Notes under the pieces: generated by a model
What the model was told of the DNA's origin: nothing
Database searches by the model: none
Seen by the model: only the letters and a program-made list of their open reading frames with translations
Part shown: piece after piece, positions 1-13,510 of the stretch
How the letters are laid out: each line of letters begins with the position of its first letter
Position numbering within the stretch: the first letter of the stretch is position 1
Translations under genes and position numbers: made by a program
Assembly (NCBI GenBank): GCA_951406725.2
Contig: OX597828.1
Span: 17,670,001 to 17,734,000, forward strand
Length of the DNA stretch: 64,000 nucleotides
Direction: 5' to 3'
From: Octopus vulgaris
Taxonomy: Eukaryota

Positions 1-18
1 ATATATATATATATATAC

Positions 19-204
19 CGGAGTAAACACATAAATGTGAAACAAGGTGGAAAAAAGAGTACTCAAATACCAGTGGGAGAGTAATATGCTTTATTTAAAG
101 CAGCAGAAAATTCAACAAAACCTGTTACTCTGAGTTTCCCGTTGCCGTTCATCGGACAGTTTTTGCTAGCAAAAACTGTCCGATGAACGGCAACGGGAAA
201 CTCA
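19..204 (-). mobile_element. Penelope-like pLTR fragment beside (TA)n, ending in a 74-bp perfect palindrome (131-204)
   Basis: 131-204 is its own reverse complement (centre GCT|AGC at 167/168). The minus strand contains a hammerhead motif. Confidence 0.65.
117..164 (-). ncRNA. Minimal type I hammerhead ribozyme (variant core)
   Basis: Minus strand reads AAAAACUGU-CCGAUGA-ACGGCAACGG-GAAA-CUCAGAG-UA-ACAGGUUUU. Stem I CUGU/ACAG, stem II CG(GCAA)CG with a mismatched closing pair, stem III CUC/GAG, GUA site, U4C core change. Confidence 0.6.
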
Positions 205-388
205 TACCATGAGATGTTGCTACACATCGCTGGTCACAATGCGTTCGCATTGTTTTAGCCTTCGAATGACGCCACCCCGCTAGCTAAGCGAGCAGGCCAA
301 CAGAAGAAAGAGTGAGAGAAAGAGTGGTGAAGGAGTACAGCAGGGAACCACACCCTGCCGGAGCATCGTGGATCTTTTAGGTGTTTTC
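205..388 (-). mobile_element. SINE fragment (second copy at 31465-31556; related to the 20130-20432 family)
   Basis: accat-agatgttg-tacacatcgctggtcacaat...gctaagcgagcaggcc recurs at 31465-31556. The ttaggtgttt end resembles 20326-20336. Confidence 0.55.
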
Positions 389-389
389 C

Positions 390-540
390 CCCCCGTAACG
401 TAGCGGTTTGGCAAAGGGATCGATAAAATAAGTACCTAGCTTTAAAATGCATAAATACCGGGGTTGATTCATCAGACTAAACGATTCTTCAACGCAGTCT
501 CCAACCATGAAAGCAGCCCAATGAATGAAATAAGGAAAAG
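390..540 (+). mobile_element. tRNA-SINE family A, 3' half (degenerate)
   Basis: cccgtaacgtagcggtttggcaaag...gataaaataagtac...aatgaatgaaataag matches the 3' half of the copy at 15225-15620. Confidence 0.7.
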
Positions 541-1103
541 GTAACAAACATAGTTATTACATAGCTATAGATTTACCTCCCCTTGTGAGACCACAGAGAT
601 ACTGGGCAACTCAGATTCTGACTAGTTTCGTTGTTCTTATGAACAGAATCTCTTATCTCGCTTTTCCAAGTTGCCGAGCAATTTATATCGAAAAACTATT
701 TATTAAAATATAAACAAAATTATGAATGGCAAATCTTATTTACATAATGGAACAAGATTGATTACCCGACATTAATTACTAGAGTAATTTATTATATTAG
801 TTTGTTTCGGTCTGTGTTTGTAATGGTTTGACGTAATTGAAGAGATGAAATACTATATACTCAAAATTTATAATAGACGTAAGAGAATAATTGATTGATG
901 AACTATGAAACGGAATCGAAGATGCGATCTATTATTTATATCGTTCATAAGACAATTGATTGATAGATTATGAAACAAAATCGAAGACAATATTTTAGAG
1001 ATAGAACATTTATATTATTTATATTATTCACTGAGAAATATATTTTTTACATTTCAATTTGTGTGTGCTTGTGAGCATGTGTGTATGTATATGCATGTGT
1101 GTG

Positions 1104-1171
<68 letters not shown>

Positions 1172-1476
1172 GTCGTGCTCATGACGATTAAATAGGCAGA
1201 AACATGTATATAGACAGTCTTCATACCTCCAAGTAACGAGCCTGTCGTTTTTGTTGATGGCTTTTCAACTTCTGAGAGAGAAACCTTGACTCTTAACATT
1301 ATCTCCTCTTCTCATATACAACTATTCTCAACGGCGATTTGATAATTGTGACGCTTCCTCTAAAGGTGGTGTTAATTTTGATAAATCGAGAATTCGTGTT
1401 GTCTGGTATTTGATATATATGTTTTTGTCTATGTCGCTCAATCTATGACACTAGTCACTCTCCTTCTACTTGACGC

Positions 1477-1518
<42 letters not shown>

Positions 1519-1725
1519 GAAGTTATATGGCTAAATGATTAGAGCGTCGGGCCTTCCCTCGGATAACATTGGTGGAGAAGAGAGGTGAGACTGGTATGTA
1601 CGGGCGACTGCTAGTTTTCCACAAACTTTGTTGCCCGGACTTTTGCTTCAGAGAGGAACTTTTTAGGTACAATTACATAATCAATATATATATATATATA
1701 TATATATATACGCACACACAAACAC

Positions 1726-1769
<44 letters not shown>

Positions 1770-1771
1770 TT

Positions 1772-1811
<40 letters not shown>

Positions 1812-2097
1812 AACAGAATTTTAGAACATTTATAAAGAGGACAAGATGCTAATATATGACCTACGTTGCACTGCTCATCCTTATCATTATTGAACCTGGA
1901 TCTCAACTATAGTCTGTCCATAGCACTTACTCAGCATTTCCTGATAAAGGCTTGAGGGGTTGTACTTTATGTTACTTGTCTTGTTTTCCATTTGTTTCTC
2001 TCGTTGTTCCCATACTAAAGTTGTTTTCGTAGTTCATGTTATTTTCGTATTTCGTATTTCATGTTGTTTACGTTTTGTGATGTTCTACATCGATATG

Positions 2098-2191
<94 letters not shown>

Positions 2192-2217
2192 TATATATGT
2201 ATATATGCATATATATA

Positions 2218-2512
2218 TTCTTTTATTCTTTTACTTGTTTCAATCATTTGACTGTGGCCATGCTGGAGCACCACCTTTAGTCGAGCTAAAAAACAAAAGA
2301 CGAAGACAGGTGTGTAAACAAGAAACAGGTGTATTAGTTTAACGCTCGGGTAGGTGAGAAAGTCTTTTATGATTCGAGTCTACGCTATTTGTAAGTCAAG
2401 TACTTATTCTATAGATTTCTTTTGCCGAACCGCTACCTTACGGCCCAAGGATGTAGTAGACAACATTTGCCCAAGGTGCCAGGCAGTGGGACTGAACCGA
2501 GAACCACACACA
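2218..2512 (-). mobile_element. Fragmented family A SINE interrupted by a pLTR-like fragment (2290-2390)
   Basis: tgactgtggccatgctggagcacc, tacttattctat and cccaaggtgccaggcagtgggactgaacc match family A. The intervening segment matches 4610-4710. Confidence 0.7.
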
Positions 2513-2624
2513 AGCATGCATACATGTTTCTGCCGCTATCGATTGAAAGCAGGTGTATTTAAACACATAGTTTATGTCCACAACGAAGTTAAAGCTAACG
2601 ATATTTATACACACATACTCACAT

Positions 2625-2658
<34 letters not shown>

Positions 2659-3464
2659 GCATTTATATATAAAACCTACTTTTCAACATACACTGTACTT
2701 ACTAGTCACAATATTTACGTTGACCTCTCAACAAAATTCTAACAGAAAATTTCGCTACCGCTTCTTTAGTTTGCGACTTTGTTAGCCGCGTGTCAACAAA
2801 ATAAATATGGATGACATTTATCATATAAGGATGAAAATAGGAAAACTTGTCATTTATTCAATGTCGGAAGAAATAACTTTTGCTGATTTTTTTTTTTTTT
2901 TTTTTTTACTACACTACAATCCTCAGAGAGAATTCTTGAAGTATGGAGAAGTCGTTTTCAGGCAGTTGAAATTTCATAAATAATTCCGCGATAGCCACAG
3001 AAAAATATTTCTCATGCAATTATCAGCGATCTTCTGTTATCCAACTCGACATGACGTTCAGGCACACATAAACAAAGAGCAAAAAAAAAAGAAGAAAAAG
3101 AGGGACAGAGAAAGAGAAAGACAGGCAGCATCTACCAAATTGCAGTTTTCATCTTTAAGTTATGCTTAATACTTTGTCTCTTAAACAAAATATTTACTAC
3201 AATCTTCTGAAATTTACTCTTTCTTATTTACAGTATTTTTCTTCTTCTGCAGATGAAACGCTTTGTGTTTTTTTTTCTTTTGGCATGACCATGTTAAAAA
3301 AAATGCATACAAAGAGGTAGTAGCGTGTGTGTTTAACTGATACCAACGCTTTCCATTCTTTTTATGTATTTGTATGCGAGAGTGTGTGCATGTGTTTGCA
3401 TGTAGGTATATAGGTGTATACACACACACACATATCTATATACTTTTTCGTTTTTTTTTTCAAT

Positions 3465-3665
3465 ATGTGACCGCGTGTGTATCGTTGGCGATTGTCTTTC
3501 TCCGTCTTCTCTTCCTTGGACCTTTCCTTTTTCTATGTTTCTGACGTAGAGCTCCGCTCGAAACGTTAAATCCTCCTTTTTTCTTTCCTTTCCTGAACGT
3601 CCAATAACACTATACTTGTTCCATGTCCTCGCATTGTTGTGTTTTCTCTTTGTTCATGTTTGGAT

Positions 3666-3670
<5 letters not shown>
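3465..3670 (+). mobile_element. Penelope-like pLTR fragment with minimal hammerhead (3537-3571)
   Basis: GUUU-CUGACGUA-GAGC(UCC)GCUC-GAAA-CG-UU-AAAU in pyrimidine-rich context, abutting (TA)n. Confidence 0.6.
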
Positions 3671-3713
<43 letters not shown>

Positions 3714-3719
3714 TATAAG

Positions 3720-3944
3720 ATTATTTTGCGTAATGAGATAAAAAAAAAAGAAACAGGGCTGTATAGATATTAGAACTTTTATAGATAGAAGACCTTCTAT
3801 CTGTAAATGAAATGTTCTAATATCTACACAGCCTTGGTTTTTCGCAAAATTACCGAATCCGGAACTTAATTAAGGTCTGTCTATAGTACTTAGTCAGCAT
3901 TACTTGACACCATTGGGTCTCAATGACATCATTATCTTTTATGC

Positions 3945-3945
<1 letters not shown>
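3720..3945. mobile_element. Fold-back pLTR-like fragment between (TA)n tracts
   Basis: aaacagggctgtatagatattagaac (3751-3776) is an imperfect inverse of gttctaatatctacacagccttggttt (3814-3840). The same motif follows the hammerhead at 23149-23180. Confidence 0.55.
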
Positions 3946-4024
<79 letters not shown>

Positions 4025-4383
4025 TCATGTATGTATATATATATATATTTATATAGATAGAGAGATAGATAGATTTAAATATTTATTATTATAAAGATAT
4101 ATACCTCTTAAAGGGATATTAGCGTTTAAGTTACCCGGAATGTTGATATACTGAGTATGACAATGACCCCTCAATCCATTGGGATATTATTCCTTTTTGT
4201 GTTGATTTCTTACCCTTATGACATGCTCAATTTAGTGTATTCGAAATGTATCTATAATTTAATTATTTGTAATTTCAATTAATAGAATATAGAAACAATT
4301 GTAGATTATAAGAAATTGATACTGTTTGTAATTAGATTTTTGTTAAAAAATTAATATCTGTCTGTCGATTTCACCAATTTCTT

Positions 4384-4437
<54 letters not shown>

Positions 4438-4605
4438 TATGTATATGTATGTATATGCGTGCGTATTCACACACACGCATATATCTGTCTATCCATCTAG
4501 ATTGATATTTAGATCGATATAATATATATGCGTGTGTGTGTAACTATATTTACATATGTGTGTAACTATATTTATATATGTATGTATGTATATATATATA
4601 TATAT

Positions 4606-4785
4606 GGAATTTACAAAGAACAGGCGAAGGCAGGTGTGTAAACAACAAATAGGTGTATTAGTTTAACGCTCGGGTAGGTGAGAGAGACTTTTACGTTTCG
4701 AGCCTACGCTCTTTAACAGAAGGAAACACGAAAAATAAAGAGCGAGAATAAACAATGCTTTACTGGCTATCGGTCGATCATGACG
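4606..4785 (-). mobile_element. pLTR-like family B copy with degenerate hammerhead (4688-4723)
   Basis: Homologous to 17290-17480 (+) and 24455-24645 (-). Contains GAGCGUAGGCUC-GAAA-CGUA-AAAG. Confidence 0.65.
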
Positions 4786-4853
4786 TGTATGTGTTTGCGT
4801 TTGTGTGTGTGTGTTTGTGTGTATGTGTGCATATACATGTATACATGCATGCA

Positions 4854-4889
<36 letters not shown>

Positions 4890-5439
4890 CACCACTTTAT
4901 TAGAAATACTCGTGTGAATTTTACGTTTGGCGAGGAACGACACGTTTATACTGAATAAATCGTTTCGAAAAACGCTATTGAATGTAAGGCTTCGTCTGAA
5001 ATATAAATATATCGCTCACAACCTACTCCTTGAAATCATATCATATATAAACACAGAAATCGATAATGATTATTTGTTTTTCGAATTCAATATATATCTA
5101 AAGAGAGTCAACAAAGAAGCCAGTCGACCCGGTTACGAATAGCTGCTAAATATCTTTTACATTACACTAGAGCGTATTATATTTTAAAACAAAATAATGA
5201 TGAGATAACCAAATTAGAGATGCATTATTCCTTAGAAATGCTGTGGACACGGTTGGAATGTATTTCATGATATGCTTGCTCTCTAACATCGTTGTTTTTG
5301 TGAACTCTAGGACACCCAAGTCTGAGTACCCGGTTTACATGGCGTATAAATGACCGAGATCACAGCATTCCTCCTGAACAGGGTGTTGGTCCGTTGGAGT
5401 GGCCAAGGCCAGAAATTGTGAGGAGAGAGGCCAAATGTA

Positions 5440-5605
5440 ATACATTGCCCTCAGTATTTCCCTGATTTTTCATTTTATTGACCTCGAAGAGATGAAAGTT
5501 TAAATTAACCATGGATGGATCTGAACTCTGAAAAAATTCTTAACGGAAGAGATGCTGCTATGAATTTTGTCAAACGTGCTAACGATTCTGCCAGCTTGCC
5601 GCTAA
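5440..5605 (-). mobile_element. Degenerate Meta-domain SINE
   Basis: attgacctcgaagagatgaaag...gctaacgattctgccagcttgccgc resembles 47778-48007. Confidence 0.55.
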
Positions 5606-6997
5606 AATCAACAACAATAACATATTTACCTAATACAACAGAAATTGTTATAATCCTTATTGCATGCTCCGCATACTTTCTACATCTCTATTCAGCAACT
5701 TTCAGATATTACTTCCATGACACTAGTCCTGCTGACAAACTTTTCTTTTACGTCATACATCAGCTGTCCGTAATCATGAGCAAATTTGGGCAAATCAAAG
5801 CTGTTTCTTTCCACATAATCAAACTTTTGCCTGTGTCTCGTATGAGACTGTTTAAGCTGCCCCATCTAATTGCTCCTTCATTATTTATAAATTCCTAATA
5901 AACCCAAACGGAATCTTTCTGACAGCAGGTTCCTTCTCAGAATGCATTACGTCGGAAGTGCTTCGGGGTCGTTTATTGTTATTAAAACTTTCCTTCTTTA
6001 TATTAACTGTAATTATTCCTATGTTAATGCAACCATTCAAGACTCATCTGTCAATTTATTCACACAGTACTTTGCTCAGTTGACAATCCCAATACTTGAT
6101 ATCTAGCCTATACACATCTTTTATGAATGAACATCTGTATACACAAGCTGAAATAGCTGACAGATAGCTGAGTGGCAATCAGAAGCAATGAAACGGAAAC
6201 ACTGCATATTTCAAGCACAAACATTTTTAACATTACGAACGTTCGTTTCCTTACAACTTAAATCTTAACAATTTTTATAAGTTATAGCATTAACAATTTT
6301 CCTACAACTGTACCATTTTTTAATATTCAATTTGATAATTCTAGGCTAAACATGAAATCTTTCTTTACTCTCTATTGTTATATTTATGTATCACTTCTTA
6401 CAACTAGCAGTAAACTTTCCCTTCTTTTGCTCGGACCTTGTTTTGGGGGTAAAAATTGAACACATTGTTCTAAACGCATTCTATTTATATGTGGTAAGAA
6501 GGTGATGTGCTTAGTAATAACGTTTACCTTTTACTTATTCAGTAAGTGAACTATAGTTATGCTTTGGCGCAAGTCTGAGGAGCTTTTTAGTTGAACAGAC
6601 TGACTCCATTTTATTAAACTTTGGAACTTATTCTACCTGTCTTTTTGGTTACCATCCATGTGTCTGCGTTTATACACCACATGCCTATATGATATGTTCT
6701 CTTGAGGCTAATATTGCCGTATTCGGCGTTCTAATAAGACATCCACGTTAAGTTGGATATTAACATTGCCTTGTAGAGTTCACATTTATTTTGTTGTAAG
6801 CGCCATAGAGTAGCGGAGGAGTCAAACGTCCAAGTGACATTTAAGTTACTTTATTTCACTTACACCATCACGTCTGATGTAAAGGCCAGCACCCACACGA
6901 AATTATAGATTCATGCATGTTGTTAGTCTCATTGCCAAGAAGTTCAACGGCACTCCAACAATGACCATCCCGGCTTTATACGGAACACAACAATGTC

Positions 6998-7542
6998 ATT
7001 TTATATACCTGGTGAGACCCATATTGGAGTATGGGATTCAAGCCTCTTCTCCTTATCTCCTCAAAGACATACTGCATCTCGAAAGAGTCCAGAAGCTGGC
7101 TACCCGCATGGTTCATGGTCTCAAAAGTTTGTCCTACGAAGAAAGGCTGAGGACGCTCAACCTTTATTCTCTTGAAAAACGCCGCCGCCGTGGTGATCTC
7201 ATTCTCGCCCACAACATCATAAGCGGAAAGTGTAACCTCTCGAAAGAGCTGTTCTTCACTCCTGCTCCAGAGCGTCGGCTGCGGGGTCATTCCGAAAAGC
7301 TCTACCTGCGACGATTTCATCTCAATCGAAGGAGAGGAGCTTTCTCCGTCCGGGTTGCGGATCCGTGGAACAAGCTGCCAGACGAGATGGTGAAGATGCC
7401 GACGACAGCTTTGTTCAAAGCCTCCCTGGACCTCAAGTGGCCTGAAGTCTTTACATGAACACCACCCTGTACTTAACTCCATGTCCCCCTACATGGCCTT
7501 ACTATTTGCTTTTGAGTCAAATTAACTAACCAACTAACTAAC
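6998..7542 (+). mobile_element. 5'-truncated CR1-clade LINE 3' end (ORF2 C-terminus, 3' UTR, tandem tail)
   Basis: LVRPILEY...ERVQKLATRMV.GLK.LSYEERLR.LNLYSLEKRR.RGDLI...LRGH..KL...FSVRV...WNKLP is typical of the CR1 ORF2 C-terminus. The frame is open to the stop at 7458 and there is an (AACT)n-like tail at 7521-7542. Confidence 0.9.
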
Positions 7543-10500
7543 CTTTAGCTTTTTTGAAATTTTAGACTGTTGTTTGAAAATAGATTCGAAGCATGATTTA
7601 ATTGGTATTTCCAGCAGTTTTAAGTACCACGAAGTCTCCATTTTAGCTCCGTTTTGAATACAGTGAAAAACGTAAAACGAATTTTTATTTATTCATTTAT
7701 TTATTAATTATTTATTTTCAAATAAATAGGTGCAAAACTTTTGACTACTACCCTTCTTTTCCACGAATATTTAACTTCATCAGAAGTTTCCGTTAAATGT
7801 TGAAGCTTAAAACTGGTATTTGATATTTGTTGAATTAAAAGAATACGGCTGCTAAAAACTCTTTTCTTAGGAATTTAAACTTGCTTGCATTTTTCCTTTT
7901 CTCGCTGAAAACTAATTAAAATTTATTGATTTCTTCCCTTGAATTTGTTATCAATGATCCAACTGAAATCTCTCCATCTCGAAAATATTATTGATTGATC
8001 CTTCTGCGATAGATACTAATTAATTTTTAAATAAAAATGTGTCCACGTTATTTTGTTTAAAAATGGCTGCCGAAAACCGACACTTTCCCTGGGACTACTG
8101 TAAATTGGTTTTATTTGTTGTACAGCTTATGTTTAGAATATTCAATTGTTTATTTGTACATTTATATATTTATTTTCTTTCGAGTTTGTTTTCAAATTTA
8201 ATTTTAGTACTTTTATTTTATTTTTATAATTGTATTTTTTTTTTATAACACAAATTTTGCTAAATATGCTTGAAAGTATATGCTGTAAATTTTTTTGAAC
8301 TAGGAGATAGCTCAATGAAATAATATCCATGATTGCTTTCTTGTTTAAAGAAGCTGGTTAACCTTCAGCAAATAGTTTTAGTCACTCAGGTGAAGGAAAC
8401 ATTCCGAGTAAGAGCGAGAAGAAAGTGAGAGAGCGTGTTTGATTATGTTCTCAAGTGCTCAAGTGAAACGGAAGTGATTTTGCATCCGCAGCAGAAAACC
8501 AATAGCGTGAAAAGTTAATCATACGCTTTAAGTGTTTCTCAAATGCTATTACGTAGTCCCTTATCTTGATCAAAAGGTCAAGAGTTTTCAAATATCTGTT
8601 TTATTTGCAAGAATGTGAATTCTGGGAATTTTCCTATACAGAAAAAAAATATTCCGAAAAATCATATTTTCCTGAAAAGATATGGAATTTTGTGCACTTT
8701 TGTAATGTGCTCATGTATATCTTACATAGAATTTACAGTTTTTCTAAATCTCATGGTATAATATTTATGTGTTTATTTTTTAACTTGCTTTATTTTTCTA
8801 TCATTTATCAAGATTCCTTGTTAGCTTTGTAAATTCAAGACATTAATGTCGATAATAAAACTGAAATCAGCTTTTAAAGCTATCGCATACACACTTGTTT
8901 AATTTAATACCAGGAACATTCTCACCTGATATCAATCACATACATGGCCGTATCTTAGTATCATACATGTGATCAATTTTTTATGTCCTTTCTTTTTTGG
9001 TTTTTATGTAAAACCTTTAACATAACTGTTATGTTATATTTCAACATACATCATAATATGTTCAAATAACTTGAATTAGAACATATATTTTGATACTTCT
9101 TCTTGCCTTAAAATCCGTTAACTTCAGAAAAGCTTTTGATTGTATCTGGCATTAAAATTTCTTTGGAAGTTTACTAACCATGGAATCCATCAGTTTTTCA
9201 TCTCTGGCTATAGGCGTTTCATAGACAGATCTCTTACAACTTTCATCAGTGTATGATGCTCTGACCCACACATTTCAATTCTGTTATACAATGTTACTAA
9301 TTTAAGCCTGTAACATAGTCTTTTGTAAATCCTTTTTAACATAAAGTTATAAATTACTCACGTCAGTATTCACATTATGTAGGTCGTGAGACGACTGAAA
9401 GTAATACACCTGTCATCCTTTTTCTTGGAAATTCCACTACATGTTTTGCTCGTTTGTATAAAACTCCTCAACCCGCACGAAACTCTTCACAAATCTTCTG
9501 TATCTACGTCAGATATTTTACCATTACCCGCGTACAACCGTGAAGGAAAAAAAAACATACCTGACGGAATCATTACAACCTGACTTGGTCCCCGCTGGTA
9601 GTCATTCCATTACTCTCAAATAGCACACACCAGAGCGCCAGACCTATCACTTCACCTCGTCAAGTCTTCATCCTTTATCTACCCTTACTCTATATAACTC
9701 ATACCAAAATTCTAGCTTTAACGATTCAGATATTGTTCAAGTAAAAACTAAAGACGCACTTTAACCGTTTGAATCTCTCCCTCCTTCTCTCTGTCTCCCT
9801 CTATTTCTCTGTCTCCCTCCTCCGCCCTCTCTCTCTCACTTACTCACTCCTTTCTCTCTCCCTTTCTTACCATTATGAATGTTTTTGTAGACGAAGATAT
9901 ACTGCTAACATACAATTTTACGTTACTAACATTTACGCTGAAATCTTTTGGAGAGAGCAGCCTGGTTACTTCAAACCCCTTTATATCTTGCACAGAAAAC
10001 TCTTCGTTTCATTTCTGGGTGCAGTGTTTTTAGGGCAGATAGGTCTATTGCAGCTTGCATTAGTATGTGACTATTTGACCATACACATCAACAACCCTGG
10101 AATCCTCTTCAAAGTTTGGTGATTTTCTCTTCATATACTCTTTCTTCTCAGGTTTCATGAATATTATGTTAGCATCTGTAATACAAAACATTCTTTTGGA
10201 GATGATAGCAACCATAACTCCTCTTTAACTTTTCCGAATGTAAGCTTTTCCTATGCATAACGTAAATACTTCATCCGAAGCTGCGCCGCTTCCATGAGCA
10301 TAAATATTGCAAACATCTTCAAAGAGTACATGACTACATATTTTGATTTTATGTATACGTATTGCAAGACATACATACGTGTGTATGTATGTGTTTGTGT
10401 GTCTGTGTACGTGCGTGCTTGCGTGCCTGTATGTATGTATGTATTTATGTATGTATAGGTAATAATTCTCTCGTACTACGCCTGTTGTTTACAGAAACAA

Positions 10501-11224
10501 TACAAAATTGGAAAACTTCAATGTTGTTGCTGAGAGCAATAATTACTTACACTGATTCACACATCAACACTACGTTTCAAAGGCTACGATTTCTATTAGA
10601 GATAAGAAAATGCTTCCACTCTGGTTAGTTTGTGACACGCAGGCCTCAAATGTAAGATACTTCTCTAAATCTCTAAATCAGTGGTAATGCTACTCCTACA
10701 AAATTGCTAGACTACAAACATCGTCGAAGTACATACCTATCCATGTGCCATAAAAACATTCATTCAGCAAAAACAAGCTGTGTTCGGTGGTTCAGATGAA
10801 CTACATATTTTCTCTTCTCCTTCTTCCGCCCTTTCTAAATGTGCTTCAAAATAGTTCACTTCATAACTGTTATGACGTGGCTATACACGTCTGGTGTAAA
10901 ATGCTATTACGCAAGTAAATAGTTGGTTGTGGTTATCTGAAAATAATCTATCGCAGAAATATACTTTAACACAGAATGCACACCGTACTGTTTGAACGTC
11001 AATACGATACTCGGTAATTAGTGTTCAACTACCGAGTGTTAAACCAACACACGCCGAACTAACACGGTAAATCAACATGGCTGAACTAACACCGTCAGCT
11101 ACCCCCTGACAGTTCGCTCAGTTCTTATTTATTGTAATAGGTGAGTCCACCTTCAGCCGCGTAGGGGTGTTCAGAATTCTCCCTTAATAAATACCATTCA
11201 GTCAAAGCCTCTCTCATTCGACAT

Positions 11225-11680
11225 TCTGACCGGCGACCGGTGGTGCGATCGAAAGGCCGTCGTCTCGGCGGCGGCGATATCGACTACGAGTGCATATGTC
11301 CGAGTGTTACGCACGCGGCCGAGGCGGCGGTGGACGGCTTATGAGTTTGTCGTCGTCAGCGGTATCGAGCATGAGTGCGTGTGCCCGATCGGCGCACGAA
11401 CGCGGCCTCTGCTCCGAGTTAGTTGCAAAGAAGACACGCGTTGGACGAAACGCGGGCAAACGGCGGAAGTGCATTGAGTAGTTAGTAGCGAGCAGTAAGT
11501 AAACTGGGAAGCAAGCGATTAGCAGCGTCGTTCGGAGCGAGCAAAGAGTTGGCTAGCTGGCTGCCGCTGCCGTGCGATGGAAACGACGTCGTCTCGGCTC
11601 TTCTGCTCGTTATCCCGGCATCATCGCTTCGGCGCGTTGCCGCGGCCGACGCCGGCGACCACCGTCATGGCACACGCTCG
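11225..11680. other. GC/CpG-rich island of unknown origin
   Basis: Abrupt switch to GC- and CpG-dense sequence (cggcggcgg, cgtcgtc) in an AT-rich background. Its short ORFs are not recognisable. Confidence 0.7.
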
Positions 11681-12211
11681 TATTTTTTCTCCCATTTATA
11701 ACTCACCACTACCCGTGCTAAACACGTTGCCAAGTGACCTCTTTCCTAAAGTGTACCCGCTTCCAATGCTCTCACAGCTCACAACTTCTTGCAAAGCATT
11801 TCCTCCTCCCGAATCTTATCCGTTTCGCTAGTATGGGGGATCTAGCAAAGGTTATATGCACTTCTCAGTTCGCAATACTATGAAATGATTATGCCTTTAA
11901 TTAACAGTATATCAGTAACGTTTGCCACTCAGGAAGCAAAAGAACAGTTTAAAGGCCTATTTGCAGCAAGTCTGATGTTATAAGTCTTTACATAATACTT
12001 GTGGTAGTGGAATGGTATAAATATCGAGTGTTGACCTAAATGCATTCCAGTGTCGAGTTACGTAAGTCTACACACTGAGTTCATGGATTAACGTAATTAG
12101 GTCATAAATGCTTTTATAATAAGGTAATGGCTTCACTAAGATAAGTTCTCGTATGATTGTACAATTGTATGTCTGTGTACGAGACAAATACTTCACACAC
12201 ACACATACATT

Positions 12212-12280
<69 letters not shown>

Positions 12281-13510
12281 GTATATATATATATACGCAG
12301 TTAAATATACATTTATATATGCATAATGTATCTCTCACTCTCTCTCTCTCTCTCTCTCTGTCACTGTCTCTGTATCTCTCTTCCTTTCCCTGTCACTCTC
12401 TCTGAACATGATACACATATATATACGCACATCATAACATACTCATACATATGTGTACAATTATACATATAAGCTCATTCACAATATATGTGTGTCTGTG
12501 TGTGTGTATACATAAAGAAACAAAGAGAGCTGGGAGAGACATAGCGAATAATGAACGCGAAACCGACTTACCACTTTATTAATAAAGAACAGACCATACC
12601 AGGCCAGTAGGCGGTCTATATAAATAACGGAAACTTGTGAATTCTGCTTCTGGTTAGTCTGAGTGAAAATCGAATTACAAAAGAATCAGACAACGTATCG
12701 CTAAAATTTATATTAAAATTTCAACTTAACTTCGGAATTATTTAAAAGTCATTTTGCAGTATGGAGATCTTTGCTAAATTAATTACTCCTTGAATATGTT
12801 TTTAATTCAATTGTAAATTCTATTCACATTTTCATAGTTTAATAATCGCAATTGTAAGTTGAAATTGTAATTTAAATTTTAGCCATACATTGGTTTGTTT
12901 TGATAATTTGATTTATTCGTAGACTGACCAGAAACATAATTTGGAAGATTCTACAGCTTGCTGTTGATTGCCGACTGAGACGGCCTGGCAGCAATAGATA
13001 TAACAACAAATTGTTTTATAATTCTTTATACGTCATTCCCCTGAAGAAGCTTCAGATCCAATTTTAATCAGAAGCGATGTGTTTGCTTGCAGGAAAAATA
13101 ATTGTAGAGAGTTAGGAATCAATAAAACTTGGTTATCTTTGCTGACATTTGGTATGGGATGAGAAAAGCAGATGTATGGATTAAACGACCTTGGGGGTGG
13201 AATCCAGCGAGCAGACACACATAAACACACATAAACACGCACAAAGACACTTACACGCATGCACGCTCGAACACCATACAATGCAGAAATTCACGCATGC
13301 ATGTATATGTTGATTGAAACGTGTGGTAAATTATTTGGATGTGTCTGCGTATGCGCGCGCACAGATGGCGGAAGAAAAAGTGCTCTGATTCATTATATCT
13401 AAAATCACAGGTTTTGTGTAGGTTGGTCGACAATGTAGAACCATTCTCATTTGTACCACGCATTGAGCAAATATTTATATTTTTACCAGGTGTGTAGGTG
13501 CATCAACTAC

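Noticed and set aside
885-990. ~65-bp diverged tandem duplication (aattgattgat...atgaaac..aatcgaaga)
   Set aside because: Only two degenerate copies with no functional signature.
5515-5960. 127-aa ORF and an open minus frame (INNEGAIRWGSLNSLIRDTG...)
   Set aside because: The ORF starts inside a SINE and has no recognisable motifs or clear splice signals.
6976-7482. 168-aa antisense ORF
   Set aside because: Shadow of the GC-richer CR1 ORF on the opposite strand.
9362-9394. 33-bp minus-strand micro-exon with tttcag/gtgagt boundaries
   Set aside because: No coherent neighbouring exons. Such signals are common by chance.
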